This document shows, piece after piece, positions 63,540-64,000 of a stretch of 64,000 bases of DNA; positions within the stretch are counted from its first letter, which is position 1, and each line of letters begins with the position of its first letter. The position numbers were made by a program, and so were the translations under genes. Source of the stretch: Isurus oxyrinchus (lineage: Eukaryota). The notes under the pieces were generated by a model. It searched no databases. It had not been told where the DNA came from and saw only the letters and a program-made list of their open reading frames with translations. The stretch is from contig JANJGN010000026.1 in assembly GCA_026770705.1 (NCBI GenBank), forward strand, positions 35,030,001-35,094,000, in the 5' to 3' direction.

Positions 63540-63848
63540 ACGGAGATGAGACTGCTTTCCATCATAAACTCAGGCTGTGAGCCTTGATCCTGATCAGCTC
63601 TTCAGAGTCCACTTTCTCCGTTCAGAGAGAGGTGTGACTGCTTGAATGGTGCTGTTGCTATTTTCCTGCCTCGCCGATTGCCTGAAAATATGAGTAAGAC
63701 TGCCCCTGTAAATGCAGCCCGACCGGGACAAGCCAGTACTAGGATAAAACATAGTTCACCCCATGTAATATCACAGATTATGCTTAAACCAGCCACTTCT
63801 CTTCCATCTAATCATTCGAGGAGTGACAAAATCTCCATGACTCAGATC
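63540..63848 (-). pseudogene. Rearranged family-B pseudogene
   Basis: Paralog of 3600-3918 and 15765-16090. Confidence 0.65.
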
Positions 63849-64000
63849 TGAAATCCATACGCAAACAGGAAAACCTGACTGGAGGTTGATTAAAATTGAA
63901 ATATTGGTTCGGATATGAGACGAACTGTGTTTGTTCCATAATTACCTTTTCGAAATGCTTCACTTCTCCCCCGTCCCCCAGCACCATTTGAACCCAGTTG

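Noticed and set aside
1-64000. NAR-TCR V, leaderless supporting V-delta, or IgH-like V (TAILV)
   Set aside because: No VNAR-like or VH-like (WVRQ..YYCAR) exon, no D/J with 12-RSS, and no CDR1-cysteine leaderless V-delta seen. The N gaps cannot be assessed.

Overview
Vertebrate genomic DNA, most likely from a shark or other cartilaginous fish (inferred from the repeat content and the V-domain style). It covers part of the variable-segment array of a T-cell receptor alpha/delta locus. I read roughly 27 V segments, pseudogenes and relics from about 9 families, on both strands, each with a nominal 23-bp-spacer RSS where one survives. I saw no D, J or C segments, no 12-RSS, and no IgH-like or NAR-TCR V. 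Three V genes look fully intact (22878-23249 +, 31598-32096 +, 58602-59140 -). One has an intact ORF but a variant heptamer (17079-17552 -). The rest carry stops, frameshifts, broken splice sites or internal rearrangements. The array was built by tandem and inverted segmental duplication and is interspersed with CR1/L2-type and Tx1/L1-type LINE fragments, Penelope-like elements, SINEs, satellites and two N gaps. Main observations: (1) a V family with leader and V in one exon that still has a canonical germline RSS; (2) two V families with a consistent 24-bp RSS spacer and a CTCF motif 20-24 bp behind the nonamer; (3) an approximately 150-bp module, present 8 times, carrying RUNX/ETS/MYB/E-box motifs and often next to a CRE cluster, resembling TCR enhancers; (4) a V gene whose core has been inverted in place. 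Family letters A-I are my own labels. TRAV versus TRDV calls are by eye and need phylogenetic confirmation.
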